Below, one piece after another: positions 19,507 to 28,112 of a DNA stretch of 52,842 bases (its first letter is position 1; the number at the start of each line of letters is the position of its first letter). A program made the translations under genes and the position numbers. This DNA is from an uncultured Gammaproteobacteria bacterium. Lineage in GTDB: Bacteria; Patescibacteriota; Microgenomatia; Daviesbacterales; UBA10151. A model generated the notes under the pieces. It did not search any database, had not been told where the DNA came from, and saw nothing but the letters and a program-made list of their open reading frames with translations. The stretch covers positions 1-52,842 of the forward strand of contig CAYRCR010000005.1 in the NCBI GenBank assembly GCA_964422835.1, read 5' to 3'.

Positions 19507-19547
19507 CAATTATTAGTTTTGATATTAAATTTTAGACATTTATTAAA

Positions 19548-19576
19548 CCATGGCCCAAGAGGGCCGTGTTTTTTTA
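19548..19576 (+). terminator. intrinsic terminator-like hairpin
   Basis: catggccc-aaga-gggccgtg followed by T7; lies downstream of sortase and of a TTGACA at 19503. Confidence 0.6.
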
Positions 19577-19601
19577 TTAAATTAAGGAGGTGATAATTTG
19601 T

Positions 19602-19793
19602 ATGGATAAAGAAATAAAACTTCCATCATGGCTCACTGGAGAAGCGGCAACAGGATCAAGGACAGCAAATGAATCAGAAGGACCTGTTTGGGTTCCTGCA
19701 GATAAAGTTTTTGAAGGAATGGATGAAAGAAGGCTAGGAAGAAGAGAGCGCCATGGGCTCGCATTCCTTATGTCAAAGCGTCCGGGAGTATAA
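19602..19793 (+). CDS. small hypothetical protein (63 aa)
   Basis: Strong AAGGAGGTG Shine-Dalgarno before ATG 19602; ends 8 nt before uvrB. Confidence 0.6.
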   Translation: MDKEIKLPSWLTGEAATGSRTANESEGPVWVPADKVFEGMDERRLGRRERHGLAFLMSKRPGV

Positions 19794-19801
19794 CAGTTGT
19801 T

Positions 19802-21787
19802 ATGCCTAAATTCCAAATTGTTTCGGAGTTCGAACCGACCGGAGACCAGCCACAAGCAGTTAGCATGCTTGTGGCAGGCCTTAAGCAAAATAAAAAGCAT
19901 CAGGTACTACTCGGGGTGACAGGATCTGGTAAAACATTTACCATAGCTAATGTCATCCAAAAAGTCCAAAAGCCCACTCTGGTTATTTCCCACAATAAAA
20001 CTTTAGCAGGGCAGCTGGCCCAGGAATTTAAATCTTTATTTCCCAAAAACGCAGTTGAATATTTTGTGTCTTATTATGATTATTACCAACCGGAAGCTTA
20101 TATTCCCGGGTCTGATACTTATATTGAAAAAGAAACACAAATTAATGAAGAGATAGAGAAACTTCGCCTTTCTGCCACAGCCTCACTTTTAACCCGTAAA
20201 GATGTCATTGTTGTGGCTTCGGTTTCGGCAATTTACAATTTAGGCTCCCCTCAAGAATACGGCCAGGCTATTTTGGAACTTAGAGCTGGAATGAAAACCA
20301 CATTCCAACAGGTCCTTAAAATCCTAACCAAAATCTATTATGAAAGAAATGATATTGATTTTAAAAGAGGAACTTTCCGGGTCAGGGGGGATACGATTGA
20401 TATTTTCCCGGCATATTTGGATTCAGGTTACAGGCTGCAGTTTTTAGGGGACAGGATAGAAAAAGTAAAAAAACTGGATGTTTTAACAGGACACACAGAA
20501 GAGTTGGACGGGGCCCAGGTAATATTTCCTGCCAAGCATTATATTACGCCTGAACAGCGGATGCTGCCTGCTTTGGAACAAATAGAAAGTGATTTAAGAT
20601 TAAGGATTAATGATTTAAGAAAACAAAACAAGTTAGTAGAAGCGCAAAGAATAGAACAAAAAACAAATTATGACCTTGAAATGATTAAACAGTTTGGATA
20701 CTGCAATGGCATTGAAAATTATTCCCGCTATTTTGATGGCAGGAATCCCGGTGACCCGCCTTTTACCCTGCTGCATTACTTTCCTAAGGACTTTCTATTG
20801 GTTATTGATGAGTCGCATATGACAATCCCCCAAATCAGGGGTATGTATAACGGCGACAGGTCAAGAAAAGAGACTTTAATTGATTTTGGCTTCAGGCTGC
20901 CTTCTGCTTTGGATAACAGGCCTCTTAAATTTGATGAGTTCAGCCGAAAAATTAATCAGGTAATTTATGCATCAGCCACACCTGAAGGGTATGAGCTATC
21001 CCTGGCCCAAAGTGAACACCCCGGAGGTGGAGGCGTAGTGGAACAATTAATCAGGCCAACCGGTTTACTTGATCCGGAAATTATTATCCGTCCCATTGAA
21101 GGGCAGATAGAAGATTTGATCAAGGAGATAGAATCAAGAGTCAAAAGTTACGAGAGGACACTGGTCACAACTTTAACTAAAAGAATGGCCGAGGATTTGG
21201 CTGATTATTTACATGAAAAAGGCATAAAAGTGCATTATTTGCATTCTGATGTAAAAACTTTGGAAAGGTCTGATATTTTACATTCCTTGAGGATGGGTGA
21301 ATATGACGTGATTGTGGGAATAAATTTACTCCGTGAAGGCCTGGATTTACCGGAAGTTTCACTGGTGGCAATTTTGGATGCGGACAAGGAAGGGTTCCTT
21401 CGTTCCCGGACTTCACTGATTCAGACTATGGGCAGAGCAGCCAGACATATCAATGGCAAAGTAATTATGTATGCAGATACCGTCACAGGCTCGATGAAAC
21501 ATGCTATTGAAGAAGTGGAAAGGCGAAGGGAATTTCAGGCAAATTATAATAAAAAACACGGTATTATTCCTAAGGGGATTATCAAACCTTTACGGGAAAG
21601 GTTAATTGAGAAAATCGAAGAGGAAGAGGGAATTAAGGAAGGTGAATTGAAGCTGGAAGATATTCCCGAAAATGACCGAAAAAAGATTATCAAACATTTG
21701 GAAGAACAAATGAAACTGGCAGCCGAAGCCCTGGATTTTGAAGAAGCAGCAAAACTAAGGGATCAAATTAATGAACTATCAGTATAA
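19802..21787 (+). CDS. uvrB: excinuclease ABC subunit B
   Basis: [31 protein letters not shown]-terminal UVR domain FEEAAKLRD. Confidence 0.98.
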   Translation: MPKFQIVSEFEPTGDQPQAVSMLVAGLKQNKKHQVLLGVTGSGKTFTIANVIQKVQKPTLVISHNKTLAGQLAQEFKSLFPKNAVEYFVSYYDYYQPEAYIPGSDTYIEKETQINEEIEKLRLSATASLLTRKDVIVVASVSAIYNLGSPQEYGQAILELRAGMKTTFQQVLKILTKIYYERNDIDFKRGTFRVRGDTIDIFPAYLDSGYRLQFLGDRIEKVKKLDVLTGHTEELDGAQVIFPAKHYITPEQRMLPALEQIESDLRLRINDLRKQNKLVEAQRIEQKTNYDLEMIKQFGYCNGIENYSRYFDGRNPGDPPFTLLHYFPKDFLLVIDESHMTIPQIRGMYNGDRSRKETLIDFGFRLPSALDNRPLKFDEFSRKINQVIYASATPEGYELSLAQSEHPGGGGVVEQLIRPTGLLDPEIIIRPIEGQIEDLIKEIESRVKSYERTLVTTLTKRMAEDLADYLHEKGIKVHYLHSDVKTLERSDILHSLRMGEYDVIVGINLLREGLDLPEVSLVAILDADKEGFLRSRTSLIQTMGRAARHINGKVIMYADTVTGSMKHAIEEVERRREFQANYNKKHGIIPKGIIKPLRERLIEKIEEEEGIKEGELKLEDIPENDRKKIIKHLEEQMKLAAEALDFEEAAKLRDQINELSV

Positions 21788-21972
21788 TGTTCCTACTCAT
21801 AATAATTTCAATTATGGGTTTAGAAGTAGAAGTAAAATTAACTGATGCGATAATTAAATGCGTGATTTTGTGGGTAAATTTTTGAGCAGTTTATTGTCGG
21901 CAATCCTGCCTGGAAAACAGTTTACCTGGATGATTTTATGATTATTTTGGTAAAAAAAGAGCATGTATCAAG

Positions 21973-22692
21973 CTAGTTTACCTTTTGAAATACCCTAGCT
22001 TGTTCTACAGAAACCAAGTCAGAAGTACCCCTATATCTGTAAGGAAAAACAACTCCTAAATCATATCTTTTTCTAAAAGCCTTATGCGACTCTAAAACTT
22101 GACTATATGCCGCTCCCATTTGAACCGTGTAAGTATCCTCACAAACTATATAACCATTACCCTCTAAAGAATCCGCTAAGTTATCTAATACTTGAAGCAA
22201 ACACATATCGTTTTGCCAAAAATAATGGTAAAGTACATTCGCACATAAAATAATAGGATACCCCCTTGGCAAAGCTGCTTTGCTAATATCATGAGCTGTA
22301 AAAGATGATTTCTCTCTAATATCTTGCGGCATCACGAAAAATTGAGCTAATTCTGGCAATTCACCGGTGAGCTTTTTCGACAAGGCTCTACGATATTTAT
22401 CGTAAGGTAATCTCATTTCAGGAGGCACAACTAATTCACGAGAAGGATATATACCCTTTCTTGCGATATTCAACTCATACTGGCGATAATCATAACCATC
22501 TATATTTATCTCTACGCCTGTTCTAGCCAATTGGTTTAGGAAGAGCAGACTGAATACCTCATCACCCTTTGAACACCCTACGGAAGCTACTTTACATTTA
22601 TCACCAAACAAAGGAGCTAACCTTTTAATAATGGTTGTTAAAGCCGATGGATCCCTAAAAAAAAGTGTTGTTTTTTCTACTAATTCGCTCAT
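21973..22692 (-). CDS. CheR-like SAM-dependent methyltransferase (SAM domain only)
   Basis: TTLFFRDP, VASVGCSKGDEVFSL, IARKGIY, IILCANVLYHY match CheR motifs. Confidence 0.75.
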   Translation of the reverse strand: MSELVEKTTLFFRDPSALTTIIKRLAPLFGDKCKVASVGCSKGDEVFSLLFLNQLARTGVEINIDGYDYRQYELNIARKGIYPSRELVVPPEMRLPYDKYRRALSKKLTGELPELAQFFVMPQDIREKSSFTAHDISKAALPRGYPIILCANVLYHYFWQNDMCLLQVLDNLADSLEGNGYIVCEDTYTVQMGAAYSQVLESHKAFRKRYDLGVVFPYRYRGTSDLVSVEQARVFQKVN

Positions 22693-22734
22693 GTTGAAAT
22701 AAAGAGTATAACAGAAAAAGACTAAATAGTCAAA

Positions 22735-23646
22735 CTATGGGATTAAGAGTTTACGCGATTTGAGGAAAAAATAACCTACTATACTGGCTGTGGCAATCGG
22801 GGTAAACCATTCGGGAATATGCATGCCAAAACTGTTAAAAAGCATAATCATCCCTAAAACCAAGATTGAATACATTGCCCCGTTTTTCAGATAAATGTAT
22901 CTGCCGATCCTTTCAATATTATGAACAGTAATTTCCCTGACCACAAAAGCCCCAATCCCATTTCCCAAAAGAATAAGAGGTACAGATAAAGTAAATGCAA
23001 AAGCCCCTAAAACACCGTCTATGGAAAAAGTGGCATCAATCACTTCCAGATAAAAAATCTTGGCAAGGTCAGAGCGGGTTTTGGAAAGCAATTGTTTTTC
23101 TTCAGCCTCGGCATTTTGCTTAAACCCGTGTGATATAAAAAAAGCAGTTGAGCCCACAACCGCCCCAAAAGCCATCATCGGGTTGATTTGCAAAGCCTCC
23201 CAGACAATGGCAGAAAGAAGTATTGAAACAACAGCATAAAACCAGACACCCTTTGACAAAATAAAACGCTCACCCCGCAGCCCAAAATGTTTTTGCTCTA
23301 AAAACAGCCAGTGGAAAAACAGGAAAATCAAAAAAGTCCCCCCGCCAATAAGTAAAATAGGGGATGACTGCTCAATTGCCTCAATTACCCTGGGGTCATT
23401 TGAAAAAGTGGCAGTTAAAGCGCCAATTATCCCTAAACCGGGATTGGTAGCCCAGACAATCAAAAGAGGTAGAAGCCCCCGTATTAAAAATACCGCAATC
23501 AGCATACCCCAAAGTAAAAACCAGCGCCTGGCCTTTTGGGCCATGGTTGATAGCACCTGGGCATTGATAATGGCATTATCAACTGATGAAACAGTTTCAA
23601 AAAGGATAAGACCTGAAACTATTAAAACTGCAGTCAAAATATCCAC
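22735..23646 (-). CDS. DUF475 (TerC-like) membrane protein
   Basis: SSVDNAIINA, YLEVIDATFSIDGVLGAFA, YLKNGAMYSI. Confidence 0.88.
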   Translation of the reverse strand: MDILTAVLIVSGLILFETVSSVDNAIINAQVLSTMAQKARRWFLLWGMLIAVFLIRGLLPLLIVWATNPGLGIIGALTATFSNDPRVIEAIEQSSPILLIGGGTFLIFLFFHWLFLEQKHFGLRGERFILSKGVWFYAVVSILLSAIVWEALQINPMMAFGAVVGSTAFFISHGFKQNAEAEEKQLLSKTRSDLAKIFYLEVIDATFSIDGVLGAFAFTLSVPLILLGNGIGAFVVREITVHNIERIGRYIYLKNGAMYSILVLGMIMLFNSFGMHIPEWFTPIATASIVGYFFLKSRKLLIP

Positions 23647-23772
23647 AATATTTATTATATACTATCTGACTTAGCCATAAGCACTTTGCAGTAGCCATAA
23701 TTTTCCTTACCTTTTTCTTATCAAAATCTCACATAAGTTAGCTGCATACTTACCTAAAATTAAGGGTTAATT

Positions 23773-26241
23773 ATGTTTGATTTTATAGTGAATAATTTGG
23801 ATTTAATAAAATTTTATATGCCGATTGGAGCGATCGGTCTTTTTCGTTGGGGACTTTGGAGTATAAAGAAACTGGTTGGCCTGGGGTATCACCCGACAAA
23901 AGAAGTAAAACACAACTCCAGCCTGTCTGTAATAACTGCAGTTTATAACGAGAGGCCTGATATATTCAAAAAAGCACTGAACAGTTGGGAAGGGGATGAA
24001 ATTATTGCTGTTATCGATCATCAGGATAAATCAAGCATTAAAGTTTTTAAGGAATTTTCCGACAACACCTACACCCAAACAAAACTAATTATAACTTTTG
24101 TGCCCGGCAAAAGGCCGTCACTGGCTATGGGAATAAAGGCTGCTAAAGGTGAAATTGTCGCTTTGGTTGATTCAGATACCATTTGGAAGCAGGACATTCT
24201 GGGCAGGGCGATTTCTCCTTTCACAGACCCAAAAGTGGGAGGAGTTGCTACCAGACAGGAAGTATATGAACCCAGTACCATCCAGGGACAACTATTTAAT
24301 ATCCAGCTTTCAAACCGTTATTTTAACGAATTCCCTTTTTTGGCAAAAACAGGTAACGTCTTAACCTGCCTGTCCGGCCGGACTGCATTCTACCGCCGCG
24401 AAGCAGTGATACCTGTGCTTGATGATATGGTTAATGAAAAATTTTTGGGAGTGCCCTGCATCAGTGGAGATGATAAGGCCTTAACCCGCCTGGTGCAGGA
24501 AAAAGGCTGGAAAACTAAATTTATGCAAAATGTTGTAGTTGCAACGCCACAAGCTCCGACTTTACTGACATTTTTTAAGCAGCAGCTCCGCTGGCTCCGT
24601 AACAGCTGGAGGTCCGATCTTTTGACACTTGCAAGCCCCTGGGTCTGGAGGAGGGAAAAAATCCTTGCCCTTTATATGATCGATCGCTTTCTACAGCCTT
24701 TTATTATGTTTTTAGGCCCCATTTATTTTGCAATCTCCATTTATTTGGGACATTGGACAGTTTCTATTATTTTAATTATCTGGTGGCTTTTAAGCCGTAG
24801 CATAAAAATCCTGCCGCACTTAGAACAGCACACCTCCGATTTACTCATAATACCCGTTTATGTCATAACAACCTACATTACGGCGCTTATTAAGATATAT
24901 GCCCTGCTGACTTTAAATGAGCAGGGGTGGATTACCCGCTGGGATAGCACCCGGCTGCAAAAAACCGCCCTTATATTTATCTTTATGTTTATGTTCCAAA
25001 CTTCAGGTATAAGTTCTGTCAAGGCACAGGAGAAGCCTGACATTACTTTTGACTCTGCGACTAATACAATCGAAGTTAAGGGAGAAGGCACAACAGTTAA
25101 CCTGACTGCTATTTCAAATGTGATTAATGATAAAAATGTATTGGAAAGAACAGGAGTTTATGAATGGATATTGAAAGTTAATTTAAAAATTTTTGAAGAT
25201 GTGACGCTTGAACTTTATGGGTTTCAGGGCGGCGACGTCAACTGGCTCAAAATGAGATCCGACCCGGCAGGGTATGCAGCTATAGAGTCCTCAAACGGCA
25301 ATATCAGTATTAAAAATGTCAAAATTACTTCCTGGGATGGGCAAAAAAACTCATTTGACACAGACTTTTTAGACGGCAGCGGCCGGGCCTATATTTCCGC
25401 TAAAAACAGGAGCAGTAAATTTGTAAACCGGATGGATATTGTCAGTAGTGAGATTGCCTATTTGGGCTTTTTTGATGAAACGGCTTACGGCATATCATGG
25501 AAAGTAATTTCCGAACCCGGCAAAGGGGACACAGGGACCTTAGGAAAAGGCATTACGGGAAAAGTTGAAAATAGCAAATTTCACCATAACTATTACGGCA
25601 TGTATTTATGGGGTGCAGGCGGGTTGGTAATAAGGAATAATGAAATCTATGAAAATTACCGTTATGGCTTTGACGCCCATACCCAAACTATTAACACAAT
25701 CATGGAAGATAATTTTTCCCATGATAACGGCTGGCATGGCATAATTTTCGCCGACAGGTGTACGGGCAATACCATCCGCCGTAACAGGTCAATAAATAAC
25801 AAAGGTCATGGGATTATGCTGCATAAACGCTCCGATAATAATACTATCGAGGATAATACCGTATCGGGGAATGATGACGGCATTCCTCTTTTTGAATCTT
25901 CATCCAATATTATTAAGAACAACCGAATCAGCGGCAATAACGTTGGAGTAAGAGTTTACGGCAGGACTCTTCCTTCTGCCAATAACATTTTTGAAAATAA
26001 TACAATTTCCGATAGCAAAAAGTATGGTATATATCTTTACGATGCAGCTTCGGAAAATACATTCCGCAACAACCAAATTCAAAATAGCGGCGACAGGGAA
26101 GTATATGAGCCAAATGTCTCAAATGATGCTGTGGAAAATACCAATAAACCCAATAAATGGATAATTGCCTCAACTCTTTTTGGAGCGGTGTTTCTGCTGG
26201 CAGTTATAAGCAGGATACGGGCTTATCTTAATGCACGATAA
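23773..26241 (+). CDS. GT2 processive glycosyltransferase fused to a right-handed beta-helix (AlgG/NosD-like) domain
   Basis: GKR, DSD, CLSGRTAFYR, GDDKALT, QQLRW motifs with TMs; then PbH1 repeats including YGFDAH and HGIIFA; C-terminal TM. Confidence 0.85.
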   Translation: MFDFIVNNLDLIKFYMPIGAIGLFRWGLWSIKKLVGLGYHPTKEVKHNSSLSVITAVYNERPDIFKKALNSWEGDEIIAVIDHQDKSSIKVFKEFSDNTYTQTKLIITFVPGKRPSLAMGIKAAKGEIVALVDSDTIWKQDILGRAISPFTDPKVGGVATRQEVYEPSTIQGQLFNIQLSNRYFNEFPFLAKTGNVLTCLSGRTAFYRREAVIPVLDDMVNEKFLGVPCISGDDKALTRLVQEKGWKTKFMQNVVVATPQAPTLLTFFKQQLRWLRNSWRSDLLTLASPWVWRREKILALYMIDRFLQPFIMFLGPIYFAISIYLGHWTVSIILIIWWLLSRSIKILPHLEQHTSDLLIIPVYVITTYITALIKIYALLTLNEQGWITRWDSTRLQKTALIFIFMFMFQTSGISSVKAQEKPDITFDSATNTIEVKGEGTTVNLTAISNVINDKNVLERTGVYEWILKVNLKIFEDVTLELYGFQGGDVNWLKMRSDPAGYAAIESSNGNISIKNVKITSWDGQKNSFDTDFLDGSGRAYISAKNRSSKFVNRMDIVSSEIAYLGFFDETAYGISWKVISEPGKGDTGTLGKGITGKVENSKFHHNYYGMYLWGAGGLVIRNNEIYENYRYGFDAHTQTINTIMEDNFSHDNGWHGIIFADRCTGNTIRRNRSINNKGHGIMLHKRSDNNTIEDNTVSGNDDGIPLFESSSNIIKNNRISGNNVGVRVYGRTLPSANNIFENNTISDSKKYGIYLYDAASENTFRNNQIQNSGDREVYEPNVSNDAVENTNKPNKWIIASTLFGAVFLLAVISRIRAYLNAR

Positions 26242-26260
26242 TCTGCGCGATTATTGCGTG
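26232..26260 (+). repeat. TGCGCGATTATTGCGTG repeat, copy 1 (upstream of the Fic gene)
   Basis: 17-bp match at 26244-26260 to 28015-28031, each within an array of ~11-12 bp TGCRY units. Confidence 0.7.
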
Positions 26261-26283
26261 GTGTATGATATAATATATACACC

Positions 26284-27342
26284 ATGTTTAAGCCAAGATG
26301 TTCTGTTACACCTAAGATACTGACTGCCATCTCTGAAATTGCCGAAATTAAGGCAGTAGTGGAGCGCTCAAAAGTTTTACCACTAAATGAAGCCCACCTT
26401 AAAAGGCAGGCTATTGCCCGGATGGCCCATACCTCAACTTCCATTGAAGGAAATAAGTTGGCACAATTCCAAGTTGATAAAGTCTTATCGGGAATGTCCG
26501 TATCGGGTGATGCCAAGAGTATTCTAGAAGTAAAAAATATCCAAAATGCCATAAATGAAATGGATAAAATTGTCGAAAGTGGAAAAGCCATTGGAGTCGA
26601 GGATGTCCTGAAATTGCATGGAATTTTGATGAGAGGATTGGTTGAGAGTGAAAAATGCGGTTATTTCAGGAAAGATGATATCTATGTGGTGGATGATTTG
26701 GGTGATGGCCGGGAAAAACTCCGTTATAAGGGCCCGGACCACACAAAAGTACCCTTTTTAATAAACGAGCTCTTGTCCTGGCTCATCAGGGCTAAAAAGA
26801 TGGATATCCACCCGATTATTAAGGCTGCAATTCTGCATGTTGAGTTTGTTACTATCCATCCTTTTACGGATGGCAACGGCCGGATGGCCAGGCTTTTAAC
26901 TGCTACCAGCCTTTATCTTGACAACTGGGATTTTAGAAAAATCATTGTGCTGGAAGATTACTACAACCACAATAGATTAACTTACTATAATGCCCTAAAT
27001 TTTGTCCAAGGCGACCATTACCATACCGGGGAAGACTTAACTCCCTGGATTGAATATTTTACGGAAGGCTTTCTGGTTGAAGCTAAAAAAGTTAAGGATG
27101 CAATATCTTTAGCAGGTTTTGGCAAAATTTCGGATAAGGAGGAACAGGTCTTTCTGGATAGTGATGAGCTTAAAATTATGGATTTTGTTTCAACAACCGG
27201 TAAAATTACCAGTGCTGATGTTGTCAAAATATTAAGCATTGCCAAAAGGACTTCCCAGGTTAAGATTAAAAATTTAGTGGATAAGAAACTTTTACTGGTC
27301 AAAGGCCAAGGCCCCAACACTTTTTATATACTTGCAAAATAA
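26284..27342 (+). CDS. Fic-domain protein with C-terminal wHTH
   Basis: HPFTDGNGRMAR catalytic motif; N-terminal STSIEGN autoinhibitory motif. Confidence 0.93.
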   Translation: MFKPRCSVTPKILTAISEIAEIKAVVERSKVLPLNEAHLKRQAIARMAHTSTSIEGNKLAQFQVDKVLSGMSVSGDAKSILEVKNIQNAINEMDKIVESGKAIGVEDVLKLHGILMRGLVESEKCGYFRKDDIYVVDDLGDGREKLRYKGPDHTKVPFLINELLSWLIRAKKMDIHPIIKAAILHVEFVTIHPFTDGNGRMARLLTATSLYLDNWDFRKIIVLEDYYNHNRLTYYNALNFVQGDHYHTGEDLTPWIEYFTEGFLVEAKKVKDAISLAGFGKISDKEEQVFLDSDELKIMDFVSTTGKITSADVVKILSIAKRTSQVKIKNLVDKKLLLVKGQGPNTFYILAK

Positions 27343-27397
27343 TTCTATCTTATAATATTTGACTTGATTTTTGCATTTTGATAAACTTCATCTTACT

Positions 27398-28000
27398 ATG
27401 GAAAAATTGTTTGAGGGGCAGTTCCCGTTTGACGGGCAGGACAGGATGGTTCTTCAAAAGGTAGTAGATGGGCATAACGAAGAAGAAATGGCCAGAGAGT
27501 GTTTACCATTTCACTTATTAACAAGTGTACAAAGAGAGGTACTTCAGTCTATAGCTTATGGTCAATCTGATAAGGAAATTGCTATGACTTATCATAAATC
27601 ATCCGGTACTATAAGAACACTATGGTTATCATTAGGTAGAATAGGTATGCCTTTTAGGTATAAATCAGATAGTCAAGTTAATTCACATTCGGCAATATTA
27701 GCCTTAATTGTAGATGGAATTAACTATGGCTACTTAAAAACTAAACTCCCTGAATCGGTTCAGGAATTATCTTTGGCTGAAAATGAAGTTTTTGAACTGC
27801 GGTTACAAGGTTTGGCTCATCCGGAAATAGCCATAAAAAGACAGGTTTCTTTGGCTGATGTGGGGCAATTAAGCTCAAATGCAATACACAAGCTTATGGG
27901 TAATAATTTTTTTCACGCCGCCGCTATAGCTACATACCTGAAACTGCATGGTAAATGGTCTGTTTGCTCCGGTAAGGGGGGTAAAATAATCAATCTATAG
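27398..28000 (+). CDS. protein with two LuxR-type HTH domains
   Basis: LTSVQREVLQSIAYGQSDKEIA and LSLAENEVFELRLQGLAHPEIA. Confidence 0.7.
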   Translation: MEKLFEGQFPFDGQDRMVLQKVVDGHNEEEMARECLPFHLLTSVQREVLQSIAYGQSDKEIAMTYHKSSGTIRTLWLSLGRIGMPFRYKSDSQVNSHSAILALIVDGINYGYLKTKLPESVQELSLAENEVFELRLQGLAHPEIAIKRQVSLADVGQLSSNAIHKLMGNNFFHAAAIATYLKLHGKWSVCSGKGGKIINL

Positions 28001-28001
28001 A

Positions 28002-28031
28002 TTGCGCAGTAGATTGCGCGATTATTGCGTG
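28002..28031 (+). repeat. TGCGCGATTATTGCGTG repeat, copy 2 (upstream of uvrA)
   Basis: ttgcgcagtaga-ttgcgcgatta-ttgcgtg; identical 17-mer to 26244-26260. Confidence 0.7.
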
Positions 28032-28112
28032 ATATATTTTCCAACCTTTAGGCTTCCTACCACTTTCAATTTCTTGCCAAATCTGGTAAAATTGTCTGTA
28101 TTTTCCGCCTTC

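Noticed and set aside
21017-21029. CACC-CCGGA-GGTG mini-hairpin in uvrB (HPGG) and CCTGC-TG-GCAGG in the glycosidase (~47185) as further coding REPs
   Set aside because: Plausible remnants in variable loops, but too short and single-copy here to support
21813-21976. Fragmentary reading frame after uvrB (…NPAWKTVYLDDFMIILVKK)
   Set aside because: Looks like a decayed gene tail without a start; too short to assign
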